A DNA stretch of 32,695 nt, taken from the NCBI GenBank assembly GCA_032718475.1, contig JAUCBJ010002267.1, forward strand, positions 1 through 32,695, written 5' to 3'. The DNA is from Nemertoderma westbladi. Its lineage: Eukaryota > Animalia > Xenacoelomorpha. Below are positions 9,008-21,179 of this stretch, piece by piece. The notes under the pieces were generated by a model, which was not told the DNA's origin, did not search any database, and saw only the letters and a program-made list of their open reading frames with translations. A program made the translations under genes and the position numbers. The stretch's first letter is position 1. The number at the start of each line of letters is the position of its first letter.

Positions 9008-10432
9008 ATGACGGAGTTGATAGAAGATGATCTTGGTATCAAGGAGCGATATACTCTACCTTTGCAAGCATTTGTGGATAGCTTAATACGTGGTGAAGCC
9101 GATCCAACCATTACGGAGGACGATGGTCGTTATATCGAACCGCCGATGTCCCAAGAGCAACTTGCGCGTGAATTGGACTATCGAAAATCCACCGCGCGCT
9201 ATACGCATCGTAATAGTACGTATATGGACTTCCTAACTACCGGCCATCCTATCGATTTACATGATACGGACGATGTAGACACCGAAAGGGAAATGGTTCT
9301 ATTTGAATATCATACCCAGCGGAGTCGGAACGATAAACCGAGAATAGATCACGAAAATTCTATTCGTAACAGACTGGGAAGATGAACCAATATGCCTGGA
9401 ATCTGAGGAGATTCAGCCTATCGCGCCCGGAACAGCGACAACGATTACATCCTGGAGTGGTATCGGGGTCCACAGTGTCTCACTGCGTACGATTATCGAC
9501 ATGCCAGCTGTGTTTCTAGGCAACGTTGTCGGTTATGCGCATCGAGAGACCACGATACGCCCATGGACACCAACGTCCGCTGTTCCTATTTCCAAGAGCA
9601 ACCGACTATGGAAATTTATTGCGCATATTGCAGACTCAATAACCTGCATATCTTTGCGGTTTGCCCTCGGTTTATGACTCAATGTCACCATTGTCAACTA
9701 AAGGGACATGCTAGTTTCGACTGCCCTTTTAATCACGATTTGGAAAGCGTAGATGAAATGATCACACTGCGTTACATCAGAGCTTGGGAAGCGAACGCTG
9801 ATTTACATTGTGATTCGCGCCATCGCTATTATCCCGGACGCGCTTACGAAGGAGTTTATGCGTTCCATCCTTATCTATTCGCTTCGGTTGAACAGAAATC
9901 GCGCATATCGAGTTACGAGCTACTGAAGCGCGTCGGAGAATGTATTTCAACCAAATTCGTACGCAAATTTCTCAGGAGTGTTAATCCTAGCGACCTTCAT
10001 TCCTATAACTTAATCAATTATATCCGTCAGGATCCGGACTATGGAGACTTGTTTGTTAACTCACACCCTGAGTTACAGGAAGTATATTGACGGCCTTACG
10101 AATACCGAGCCCGCGAACGCGAGTTGGAAAGGACCATTAAACCCCGGAGGTTTCTAACTGCCTATAGTCCACCCACGGCCCTCATTCAGACCACTCGTAA
10201 AGGACCCGTAAGAGCGGCTGTCTTAAAACGCGCTCTCAAAGCCATTAGACCCCTCTCCCCCGACGTTGATGTCAATCAACTCGGCACTTCGACTGGCGGA
10301 TACACCGACCATAATTCTACACCCTCTGATGCAATCATATTGCACCCTTCACCCAGGAGTTATAGCCCTCCTTGTAAAGTGGCTCGCCCCAAAGAGAAAA
10401 GGACTCTGGCTAGCTTTAAAAAAACTGCGTAA
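9008..10432 (+). CDS. Extra ORF in the env position: putative ~474-codon multi-CCHC zinc-knuckle protein with basic C-terminus, interrupted by 3 in-frame TGA
   Basis: Track ORFs 9008-9385, 9563-10090 and 10124-10432 share one frame; the only internal stops are TGA at 9383, 9404 and 10088; motifs CRLCASRDH-x9-C, CAYCRLNNLHIFAVC, CHHCQLKGHASFDC. Confidence 0.72.
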
Positions 10433-10526
10433 ACGCCGTCCGCGCAAGAAAGACTAACTGTTTAGAGTATTTACGTATATTAGAAACTGTGATTTTGTAT
10501 ATTTCATAGACTCAAATCCCATTTTC

Positions 10527-10535
10527 TGGGAGCGG
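10527..10535 (+). promoter_or_regulatory. Polypurine tract (plus-strand primer site)
   Basis: TGGGAGCGG directly before TGTA at the inferred 3' LTR start. Confidence 0.7.
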
Positions 10536-11786
10536 TGTAAAAGCTTCTGTGGGATATAACTGGCCCTTTTGCTTCGCAATCCAGTTTCCCCCCAGGCGCT
10601 GGAATACTCTAAAAAGGGTTCTCTAACTGTATATATATTCCCCTCGCCCGCAAGGTACCTTTACAGGTGTTTTAACGGACATAAAAGTCATTCTGCTATA
10701 TACGTGTTTTAGCGGACATGGTAAGGCAAAAAACCCGCAATACGGCAAATACTTTTACACAGCTTAGCCGTGATGATTCAGATTACGACATCTAACAGCT
10801 GGTTGCTTAAATGGAAACAGCCATTGGACGCATGGTTCTTTGTTTGGCTTCAGCCAATCAGAGCGATTCTCTCTGTCGATGTGGAGCTTTGAGCCGATCA
10901 TACTGGGATTGTTCAGTCTTACAGTTTTTTACTGATACTTTGTTGTTATTGCTGTCTAAGCCAGAAACAACGGCTCTAGAAAGAAACATTAGTAGGCTTA
11001 AGATTATAGAGCGTATGACTGTTATCGGTTCATAACAACTCACATATCGGTCCATATCAGTGCATATCATATCTTAACCTACCGTCTTAATGTTTTACTG
11101 TTGTCATATCTTATATCAGTGGATTGAATATTATTTGGAGAACATTTATAAAGAACCCAAATTTCCCAATTTTCTTGATACACTACAGGTTTAGAGAGGC
11201 GGGTTATATATATAGCGATTGCGACTTATATTATTGTGGTGTGTATTGAATTTAATGCTATTTGATAAGCCCTACATGAGTCCGTTGCTATTCTCTTTAT
11301 ATATGATAAAATTCATTGACGGTCGGCAAATTAGTGAGCAGTATTGTGCGTTACCGGTAGTGTGCATGATTGTGGCTGATAACTAAGCATTTCCTAAAGA
11401 ATGCGCCTCATACGTGAATCATAAGCCTTACCGACTTACCGTTGTGATTAGTATAATTCATATCTCTGTTTACTTAGATAGAGCGCCACGTCCTAAAAGG
11501 AACTGTTAATATTTCCCGAAAGTGAATAATATTAGTCAGAAATTAATTATTGATGATCAATCGAATAATACAATACCGTAAGCTTCACTGCAATAATAAT
11601 CTAAGCCGACAGAATCCAGTCTCCCGGGATTATCCAGCGGGTGAGTGGACGCGCACTAGGCTGGCTTCTGCTAATGTTGTGTTTATTGGTATTAAATATT
11701 TGTCATCTTCTAAAGTATATTTGTAAACCAAAAGACATATAAATTTTGGCAGGTTAAACTGCTAAAGGTCTTCAAAAGCGCGTACA
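10536..11786 (+). repeat. 3' LTR (~1251 bp)
   Basis: TGTAAAAGCTT...AAGCGCGTACA imperfect terminal inverted repeat (8/11); the start is inferred from the PPT and TG, the end from the match to the 5' LTR. Confidence 0.88.
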
Positions 11787-11799
11787 AAAAGTAAATTTT

Positions 11800-12048
11800 C
11801 TTCGGCCGCTCGGCCACGGATTACGCACAAAGTCTGACGACTTATTTCCAGTGCGGTCCCCCCAGAACTTTACTCCCCAGAGGAAACTCAGTACTCATTT
11901 AGCTACCACTTAAGGATGCAAGGCAGAGATGCGCCCTGTCTGGTCCCTTTAAAGCATTCCTGCCGAAACGAAAACTGCCCTGGCCCATGTAAGGATCGAA
12001 CCCACGACCTACAGGAGATGTGAATTCAATGCAACCACTACACCAAGG
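11800..12048 (-). mobile_element. tRNA-derived SINE
   Basis: Minus strand has A box TGGTGTAGTGG and B box GGTTCGATCC, then an AAATGAGTAC motif shared with the SINE at 27.9 kb; 3' boundary approximate. Confidence 0.7.
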
Positions 12049-12669
12049 TGGAACCTTTGGTGTAGTAACCTAAGAGCATTCCTTAATTAGAAATTCTACA
12101 CATAAAAATAACACAGACAGACTTTTACAGTTCCTCTGTCTGCCGCTAGGGGGCGAATAATCAGAGCTCCAGTTAATCGAGCTTAGCACGGTTTAATTTA
12201 CTGCAGGTTCAATGAAGGGTACAAAAGAGATCAATACCTTTGCTATTTTCTTCTTTTTCTTTACTCCTCCAACATATTAATAATCTGTTTCTGGGATAAT
12301 AAAATAATATTTTGATGTAGGGTATTTAATATTGGTTCCTAAAATTGTTTGTAAAAATACTTCGTATCTGCCAAGAAATAATTAGGCCTACAGTACAGTA
12401 CCAAAGACAGGGCTGGATTTAGAGTGGTGGGTAGCCTGGGGCCGGGTCAGTGGTGGGGGGCCTGGGTCTGGGCTCAACTGTATGGGGTTTGCACATACGG
12501 CGCCGATGACTTCTCACAGACAATACTATACTGATACATACATTTTCTCTCGTTTTTATTACCCTAACTTTGCAAATATTATTATTTATTGCTATTTATT
12601 TATCCTATTTATTGCAAATTGGCCTATGTACCTTTCAAAAAAACCTGAATGTAGATGTAAATATATTAG

Positions 12670-12980
12670 TAGGGATGTTAGTCAGGAAATGTTTGTTAAT
12701 TTCCGGAACTTTCCTATAAACTTTTCCGGAAATTTCCTATACATTTCCGGAAAATTCCAATTTTATTAATTATTTTGTTTAGCACATTCTGAAAAAAAAC
12801 ATAGAAAAACACAAGTAGTGTAAACGCTAGAAACAAGGGATTCCTGCTTAGATATATGTTTAGGTGGTTCGTTGTCTTGTCTCTTGTGGTCATAACTACG
12901 GATGAAATATACTTTTCCAGAAATTTTCGGAAATTTCCTTGAAAAACTTATTTCAGGAAAACTATACACCATGTCCTGGA
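12670..12980. mobile_element. MITE-like fragment with GGAAATTTCC repeats nested in the hAT element
   Basis: Begins TAGGGATG; two clusters of TTTCCGGAAATTTCC-type motifs flank a short core; right end not resolved. Confidence 0.45.
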
Positions 12981-13753
12981 ATATAGTGTCGTTATTCAGG
13001 TACCCCCCCCCCCCCCCATTTTTCTACAAATCGTAATGAAATTGCATGAAACTTGAAACAGAGATAGCTCCTTGCTGGGTGAGCCAGAATTTTTATTTTC
13101 GCTTTCATTCTTTAGCTACAAGCGTTTGAAAAAGGTGTCTCCGGAGATATTTCACAGGTCACAGTGCAATCATTCTTCAACCTTATATGTAGTGATTTGA
13201 TGGTACCAATAGAAAGGTGCCCATGCAAGGATTCCAAATCTGTAAAAACATTTTAATTTGGTTGAGAAATAACTGAGATATTGGCGTTCGAATTTTGCAT
13301 GTATTTGCTTCCCCTGCACGCCATTTATTATATTTAATAAATACACAATGTTCTAGAACATTTTGTTTATTCCATACGTAGCTGGGCAACAATGCAATGC
13401 CTCTTTAATTTATACTATTACGTAGCTATTCATCGATAAACAAAATGTTCTAGAATATGGTATTTTTATAGAATAAAATAGCTACATATTAGACGTGGAA
13501 ATGAGAAATTTGAAGCATCTTCCTGTTTATATCAGTATAAAAGCATCTGATCAAAAAATGCAAGAATAGAAAGTGAAAAAAATATAATTTCATAACATAC
13601 AAAAATATTTAATGTTTTTCACACAAACTTTTTGGTTTTGTTTTTCATATATTTTGGGAAAAATAAGTGTGAATAATAATTCAAATGTTCCCCATGTTCC
13701 GTTTCAGTTCGGTTTTGGTTCGGCCCCTCTATACTGTAGTTCGGCCGATCATT

Positions 13754-14445
13754 TAAAGTCCTCAGCAAGTCTCTGATCGGATGAGCATAAGCTCAAAGGA
13801 TGGTATGCTTGAGCATGTGGACGACTTCTGTTACCTGGGATCATGGATCCGGAAGTCAGGTGAGGACCTTCGAATACGTAAGGGAAAGGCATGGGCAGCC
13901 TTGAATAGGCTTTCCAGGATTTGGAAGTCACCGAGAATTAATCGAAAACTTAAGGTCCGATTATTTAGAGCAGCAGTAGTTCCAGTACTCCTCTACGGGA
14001 GTCCATGCTGGGCTCTAACTGCTGAGGACACCAAATCTCTGGATGGCACATTCACAAGAATGCTACGCCGGGTTCATTGTGTCAAGTACAATGCACACAT
14101 CTCCAACCAGACACTATATAACATTGGAGGTGTCTCATTGATTCCCCCAAGCTTGACACTAGAACAAAATCGCCTCCGCTTTGCAGGACATTGCTTTCGC
14201 CGTGAGGACCAGCCAGTGCATAATCTTGTACTTTGGCAGCCTCATGGAGTGAATAAGCATGGTGGACAGCCCATGACTTTCTTGAGACGCATCTTAAAGG
14301 ACACTGGCCTTAAAGATGCGGATGATTTAGCAAATGTCATGGGTGATAGGGAGTTGTGGCGGTGCAATTTTGTTGACAAGCCGGCACAGCATTCTTAAAA
14401 ATGCAGCTGCAATGCAGCATGCCGATCCTAGTAGTAGTAGTAGTA
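13754..14445 (+). mobile_element. 5'-truncated RTE-clade LINE (C-terminal RT/thumb region, ORF 13781-14398)
   Basis: VDDFCYLGSWI, KVRLFRAAVVPVLLYGSPCW and RLRFAGHCFR motifs; (TAG)n tail; TSD GGCCGATCATT at 13743-13753 and 14446-14456. Confidence 0.92.
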
Positions 14446-15737
14446 GGCCGATCATTATAGTTGTGGGATCGTGGTGGGGGGCCCCCGGTTGTGGGGGTCT
14501 GGGGCATCGGCCCCTTCCCCCCCCCCCCCCCCCCCCCCCCCTAAATACGGCCCTGACCAAAGATATCAAACAATTAGATACTGTATAAAACATTACGGAA
14601 AAATTACATTAGACTTCGAAAGATGCTTCAATTAATACTGTAGTGTATTCTACAGCTACTTAAAGTTTTATAGCCCAGATCACCAATATACAGTATCGAA
14701 TTGAATTAAAAAAGGAATTGGTAGCGTTTATCAATCATAAATTAATTAACGTAAATTTGGCACACGTTTCGGTAACTTATATTATGTAACCCTAATACGG
14801 TCTACTCAAGTGTAAGTAATTTAATGATTTGTCAACAACAATCACACAAATGAAATAGCTCAATCGTACAGTAGGCATACAGTATGCAACTGCGTACTTA
14901 AACCCGACCTGACCTGCCACAACAAATGAATAATGTTGGCCTACACACTACAGTTTCTATCGGTATTTATACCGAAAATGAGCCTGATGCACACACAGTA
15001 GGCCTACAACTGTGTACAGTTTTAACTACTGTATTATACTGTCACAGAGTAGGTTTCTCAAGTTACATATTTTTTTGGCGAGCCCAATCAAGAATTAATT
15101 ACTGTATAAGTTTATTATTGTACTTGATTGAGTGATTGAAACAACAACGGGTATATACGCTAACTCTCGCAAAAGCTTGAACTGTATTATTATAAGCGCA
15201 CGATGCGCGTGTATTTAAATCGGTGACGGGATTAGCGCCAATTTGTGATGATTCTTATCAACGCAACAAAATTGCAATCTAATTCCCCCCGCATTGTTTA
15301 AGATTTTGAAGGGAATATTGATTTATACGGTACATATATACATAATTTATTACAACTTTCGAGTAATGAAAACAAGTATATAAAATTACCACATAGTGAT
15401 CTTAACGTAATTTATGAGTTATACAGTACGCGACACTTTTGTTGTCCTTTTATACGATTACGGCAACAAAACTCATCCATGAATTCTACAGAATGGCATG
15501 AGTTACTGTTACTGTACATCCTCGAACTGCCTTAACTCTAGACTACGAGTAGAAGAAATTTCCAAAAATTGGGACAATTGAACAAGTGTATGAGTGTTCC
15601 GCTGTAACAGACTAATACGACAGTACAGTACAGTCGCACTGTAGCTTGAAGCGTGAAACAACTGTGTTAGGCTAGTGCGTAGTTATTTTAATTTAATAAG
15701 AAGGTGTCATGAATTAATAGAGTGGTGATGTGTGATT

Positions 15738-16680
15738 TATTATTAGTAATCGAAAGTAAGATTAAAAGTAAAAATTTCATTTTTTTATCAATATATACTA
15801 AAAGAGCACCAAAAGTGCAAGTAGCACTTTTTTCAAACGTGGTAAATTGGCCATACAGTTTGGCTACTGAGATTTTAGAATGTGCTGATTTCATTGGGAA
15901 GGTTTATTCCTCTACATCAAACATATCGAAGAGTTGTGTACTATAACAACATAGGCATGTTGTTATATTAGTTTATTAGTCAGATATTTGCGCCCCTGGA
16001 TCGCGAAAAAACAAGTAGTGGGAATATGATAATTAAAAATCACCACGAAAACAAATTGATTTTATGACCATGTGATTTTTTGTGATGCTGATCACGAATA
16101 TGACATTTGAAAATATCGCACCTTGTTGATTACGGCTTTTTTGGATACGTGTCAATGTGCGGCACGAAAAATACAAGTAGCACAAATTTCATAATGAAAA
16201 ATCATTACCAAATCTGATTTTATAACATTTGGGGTTTGTTGAGATGCTGATCACGATTATGACACTCATAAATATCGTATTATCCATCCAACCAAATTTG
16301 ATTTTTTCCCTTTGAAATTTCATGATACTTGAATTTTTCGCCCACCAGACAAACACGAAAAACGATAGTTGCGTTACCACGAATTATTTTTAACGAGTTG
16401 TATCGTGATTAGCGACCTTGAAAACCAGTTTAGTTTCAGAATTACCAAACCAAAGTCAAAATTAAACAGTTTCAAATGTTAGCTAATTGTACTTTTCGTT
16501 TTGGAGCACCAAAATGGCACCAAAACCGGGTTTGCACATACCAGAAATATTTATAACTACTGTCATCGCGATCAGCTACCTCGAAAGCCGGTATACGTTT
16601 AGAATTATCAAACCAAGCACAAAATGTTTAGTTTGACAATTTTTTACTTGTACTTTTCATCCTGGGGGTCAAAATCAGAA
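15738..16680 (+). repeat. Interspersed repeat (non-autonomous DNA or rolling-circle element) with internal sub-repeats
   Basis: First ~170 bp are homologous to the reverse complement of 20232-20410; recurring GATGCTGATCACGA / ATCGTGATTAGCGACC motifs and CAAGTAG units. Confidence 0.5.
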
Positions 16681-19600
16681 AATCCCCCCCCCCCCCCCCC
16701 CACTGGCCAATTAATTACTGTAGTAATATAGACCGTATAGCCCGGGCCAGATAGCAGATAGTGTTAAACGTACCGCTAACATAGAGTAGAGTAAAATAAT
16801 CAAATCATGAAACGACACTATATTCCAGGATAGTTAATAATAATTCCCCTAAATAATATCAGTTCTTCATTATATTGAAGTCGTAATATTATTAATTTAT
16901 CTCAGCATATCTATTATGTATCAATTACCTTTGTCTATTAAATCCAAGATCGTAAGAATGAACACTGTTAAGCTGGCCACGCATATTGTCTTACTTGAGA
17001 TCCTCCGAAAGGGCTGATATGTCTTCGGGGATTCAGATAGGAGTCCCGTTGGTTTGGGCAGGAAAATAAACCTAGCATGATGATTCTTAAATAATAACCG
17101 GACCCTCCAAGCCAAAGTCGAGCAGTAGCTTCATTTCTAGATCAGATAAAGAACTAATTTTACTCTCCTTCATGAATTTCGATAAACGATGGACGGTATA
17201 TTCTTTTTACTGTCGGTCTCTGAGGAATTTGAGGCATTTATAGCACACTGAAGTCAGAACAGACTCCGGCACTCCGGGTTTACTGAATATATCAGTATAT
17301 CGCCCGTTGAAATGTACAAATGTTAGTGGTAGGCCCTGGTGTCATCTGATCTAAAAAAGCCCTGACTAGTCGAACTAAGTGCCACACTGTAGACCGAGCG
17401 AACGAGAGTCATCTACAGTATACACACAGCACTTTCCAACTATAACTGCTACGACCTCCCCTCCATACAGATTCCGATACTATGTCCAGATTAGATTAGG
17501 CCCCCGCCCCCGTGGCTGCCAGCCCGTGTAGAGAGAGGTGATAATAAATAGTCAAATAAATACAGGTAATCAGGTAATGTAATAATGATAAGGCATTGAT
17601 GCCTAACACAGTAATGTAATGTCTAACGCAGTAGTGCAGTGCAATGCAAATACCACACGTTCGTGGGGCCTTCGCGCAGCACGAGGTCCAGTTATGAGAT
17701 ACAAATTAAAATTAAGCGACTGTATCACAAAATCAGGTTTTGAGAAATTTACCCACACCACCAATCAATCAAAGAAAGGGGGACAGTACGTGTTCACCCC
17801 TTTTAATCCCCCCCCCCCCCCCACCCTTCTCAACCACCAATACATAACCGTGACATCTACCACCCACGGAAGGGTAGAACGAACTTATTTCCAATCGCAC
17901 GTTAAATATGCAAAGCCAGGTGGTGTATATGAATATAATCAACGCCGTACTCGTCTTAATTATTATAAGCGTCGTTCAATCGTTGCGCTCGTCCAGAGTA
18001 AGTCCCCCCCCCCCCCCCCCCCCCCTATCAGAAAGATTTACTCAACAAAAAATAGTGTAAATAAATAAACAACTACAAGGATAAGAGGTCATGTGTAGGA
18101 AAGCTAATCAGACGATACCTTTACTAATATATTGAGCTGCATTGATCTATACATAGTAATGTTGGGTGATGGGGGGGGGGGGGGGGGGGGGGGTGAGGGG
18201 TAGGGGGTGTCTGGGTGGGTTGTTAGTATTAGGGTGCACAATATCGACGCACGCGCAGGAATGTGTTGATGTTTAATAGCACCGCATTCCCGCGTTAGAA
18301 AGCATCCCCAATTGGAATAAATAAATAAATTAAACGCGTTTCGTTGTGTTCCTCGACTTATATTATTCTCTCCACGGACGAGTTATTAGCTGCTAGACAG
18401 GTAGACCTAGTCCCCCACAACAACGGTCATACCTTCAATCAATCAATCAATTGAGCTCATATGAGCTCGTATATTAGTTTTATTTATAAATTGAAATCTC
18501 ACGAATTAATAGGCCTATTAGCTGATTAGTGAACTATCATATGTTAGACCATATATATATATTATATATTGGACCTTATCAAAATAGCGGTTGTACTGGG
18601 GCGGTATATGTTGTTCTCTAACCCACTGCAAGCGCATTTGAGGGGCCGGTATGTTTTAATAACTTCTGGTACAACGGGATGCAGTATTACAGCGCCAAGT
18701 AGATTTAATCTGATCAGAATATTCCGGACGCTAAGTTCATGTCATTCCCGATAAGTCGGGACTTTACAAAACTCGTGGATAAAACCGCGTGTAGCAGAGA
18801 GCAGATAAATTGGGTTAAATTGCAAAACAGAATAATATGGAACTGTAAGTGGAACTGCGGCGATTTGGGTTTTTTTGTTATGGTGAATAGTCAGCCTGTC
18901 CGCGATATGTTCAGCTGCCCTTTTTAATGGGTTGCAGGTACAAATGAAATACACATTGCAGTTACTAAAATAAAAGTGGCGCATATTATTGTACATTTAC
19001 AACAACAATTATATAAATGCAATATGCCTGATCCCTATTAATGTACTTTGTACCGCCAATTCTGTAATTCAATAACGCAAAGCCGCGTTTACTGTACAGC
19101 AGCACGTAATATATTTGATACTTATTATACTAACTAAACTAACAAACCGCAAGGCCTACTTACCGAAATAAATTAACTTTCAGTTAAATACAATATACTT
19201 GTTTGCTCTGTAAAAATTTTAATTAAAAACAATCCTGCCATTTAATATACCTAATTAGCATGGTTGCGTAAGCAGTATGAATTGGAATGAAATTGTGAAA
19301 TAATTTATTTAAACTATTATGTACATTTAGATTAAATAATAATACAGTAAGTTGGCCTACAGAAATAAACATTGATATTCGGAACAGTAAAACAATTATT
19401 TATTTCATTCATTCAACTAACCAGAGAGACTCATAGCTCCAGTGAATATTAACATCCCGACGTTACTTTAGTAATAATATTAATGTCATTGAACCCGATA
19501 CACACACACCTCCAATCAGCCAGTTCAATGGAGAGTGAGTGAATGGATGGCTACTAGCAGCAGCAGCAGTCTGCCTCTTACAAGCAAGGCTGACTGAATA

Positions 19601-19849
19601 CCTCAAGTGTTGCTGGGAATCAAGCCAACTTGGATGTTAACCAATAAATGAGCAGTATTTAATGAGAATACATTTTTTATGCCGGTTTAATTACTTTAGA
19701 TCAATTAAAGACACGATTATTAAAGCAAATCACTTGAACTAATTAAAAACTATAATAGAATGGAGTATGCGGATTACATCTGTATATTTTTTAAGTATAA
19801 TTATTGAAGTCTTATACTGTAAAACAATTAATTTCCTTTAAAAGGCAGG

Positions 19850-20118
19850 TTGAAAATGGTGTTTTTACCGTAATCAACTTAATTAACTAATTAACTGCTA
19901 TTATCTTAGCTTCTCGAAGGCCACACGGAAATTCTACTTGGAAAATTTCTAAACTTTTGCCATACAACATGTGTACCAAGTTTGGATAGATTTCATCAAA
20001 GATTGGCCGAGTTATTAACGTTTAAAATTGAACACGACAGAACGACAGAACGACAGAACGACAGGTTGATTAATGGTACCACTACGCTAAGGCTCACTCA
20101 CTTCGTGGCTCGCCCCAC
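19850..20118 (-). mobile_element. Helentron/DINE-like non-autonomous element fragment
   Basis: (ACGACAGA)n microsatellite at 20034-20063 next to terminal motif ACGCTAAGGCTCAC-TCACTTCGTGGCTCGCCCCA, which recurs inverted at 23015-23066; family assignment is inference. Confidence 0.5.
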
Positions 20119-20231
20119 ATACAGAATAATTCACTACATTATCGCACCAGTACCAGAAATAGAAGTGCACTAGTTGGCACTTAGAATTTTCGACTGAAAC
20201 ATTGGCCATTTTTGAAAATACCACAATTTTA

Positions 20232-20410
20232 TAAACCTTGCCAATGGAATCAGCACATTATAAAACCCCAGTAGCCAAACTATACGGCCAAATTACCACT
20301 TTTGGCTATTTGAAAATTTCGAGTTACTTGTAATTTTGGTGCTCTTTTAGTGTCTATTATAAAATAAACAATGAAGATTTTATTCTAAATTCACTTTCGA
20401 TTACTAATAA
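20232..20410 (-). repeat. Second, inverted copy of the repeat starting at 15738
   Basis: Reverse complement TTATTAGTAATCGAAAGT...ACTAAAAGAGCACCAAAA...AGTTTGGCTACTG...AATGTGCTGATT matches 15738-15908. Confidence 0.75.
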
Positions 20411-21040
20411 TTAATTCGACTAACCAAAAAAGCATAATATGGTTTAATGGTTGTACCAAAGTCTTGAACGGGGTATATTGAGTAATTTTATCAATTCCGA
20501 AAAATGCTGATATTGTATGGGTGCCAGGAACTCCTCATATATCGAAAACTACTGGAGCTATTAAATTTTTATTTGTCTCATCTGAAAGAGGACATAATTT
20601 TAGTTAGGGACAAGTACAATATGTCTAGACGCGCTCGACGTATTGTTTCAGGGGTTCTATCTAAGAGAAATAACTGGCCCACTAAATTTAGGGGCTATGC
20701 TATATACAGTAGCGAAATTTCACATTTGTACAGTATTTTGAAAAAGTAATGCCTAAATTACAAAAAATGGGCCACTTAGGTCTACAAAAAATCAAACAAC
20801 TCAAAAAGTAAAATAGATATAAAAATTTTGTTTACATTTTCAGAATTAACAAAAAATTCCGTTCTAGAAAAAGTTAAACCTCTAATTCTGGTAAATATTA
20901 TTTTGCAACGGTAAAACGAACTTACGAAATCTAGATCGAACTTGATCAAACATCACAAATACAGCACATTTGACATTGATTTGATTGAAGCACATTTGGC
21001 ATAATTGGTTGTGACACTTATTACAGTAGACTGGATATAC

Positions 21041-21100
21041 CTGTAGGGAACCTTTCCAGGGCCTCATTTCCCTGGAAATTACCCCGTCTACTGGTATAGT
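21041..21100 (-). CDS. Probable short exon of the IQ-motif gene (TIPVDGVISREMRPWKGSLQ)
   Basis: CTAAC branch-like motif, AG acceptor and CAG|GT donor; phase 0, compatible with the preceding exon across a 79-nt intron. Confidence 0.45.
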
Positions 21101-21179
21101 CTTACAATACAATGAGTTAGGGCCTAACTGCACTGTACATTAACAGTAACAGTAACATTAATTTTGATCTACCACTTAC

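Larger units (their letters stand above)
1..11786 (+). mobile_element. Non-autonomous Bel/Pao-family LTR retrotransposon (gag-pro, no RT/IN, extra 3' ORF); 5' end lies ~191 nt upstream of the window
   Basis: Near-identical direct repeats 1-1059 and 10727-11786 ending in TACA; Bel/Pao Gag knuckles; LLDSGS protease; NPADxxSRG RNase H tail; purine tract followed by TGTA at 10536. Confidence 0.93.
12408..14555. mobile_element. Non-autonomous hAT-type DNA transposon with nested insertions
   Basis: TIRs CAGGGCTGGATTTAG / CTAAATACGGCCCTG; perfect 8-bp TSD ACCAAAGA at 12400-12407 and 14556-14563; G/C-rich subtermini. Confidence 0.9.

Noticed and set aside
9008-10432. Host-wide UGA=Trp genetic code
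   Set aside because: The long gag, KNTC1 and RTE frames contain no internal TGA and use TGG for Trp
11787-11792. TSD of the LTR element (AAAAG...)
   Set aside because: The left flank is outside the window, so it cannot be verified
16921-17350. Further minus-strand exon of the IQ gene
   Set aside because: A donor-like site exists at 16929, but I could not establish a consistent acceptor or frame, and there is no recognisable motif
17619-18200. 149-aa Pro-rich ORF and poly-C/poly-G tracts
   Set aside because: The Pro runs come from C homopolymers that are scattered throughout the window; no coding signal
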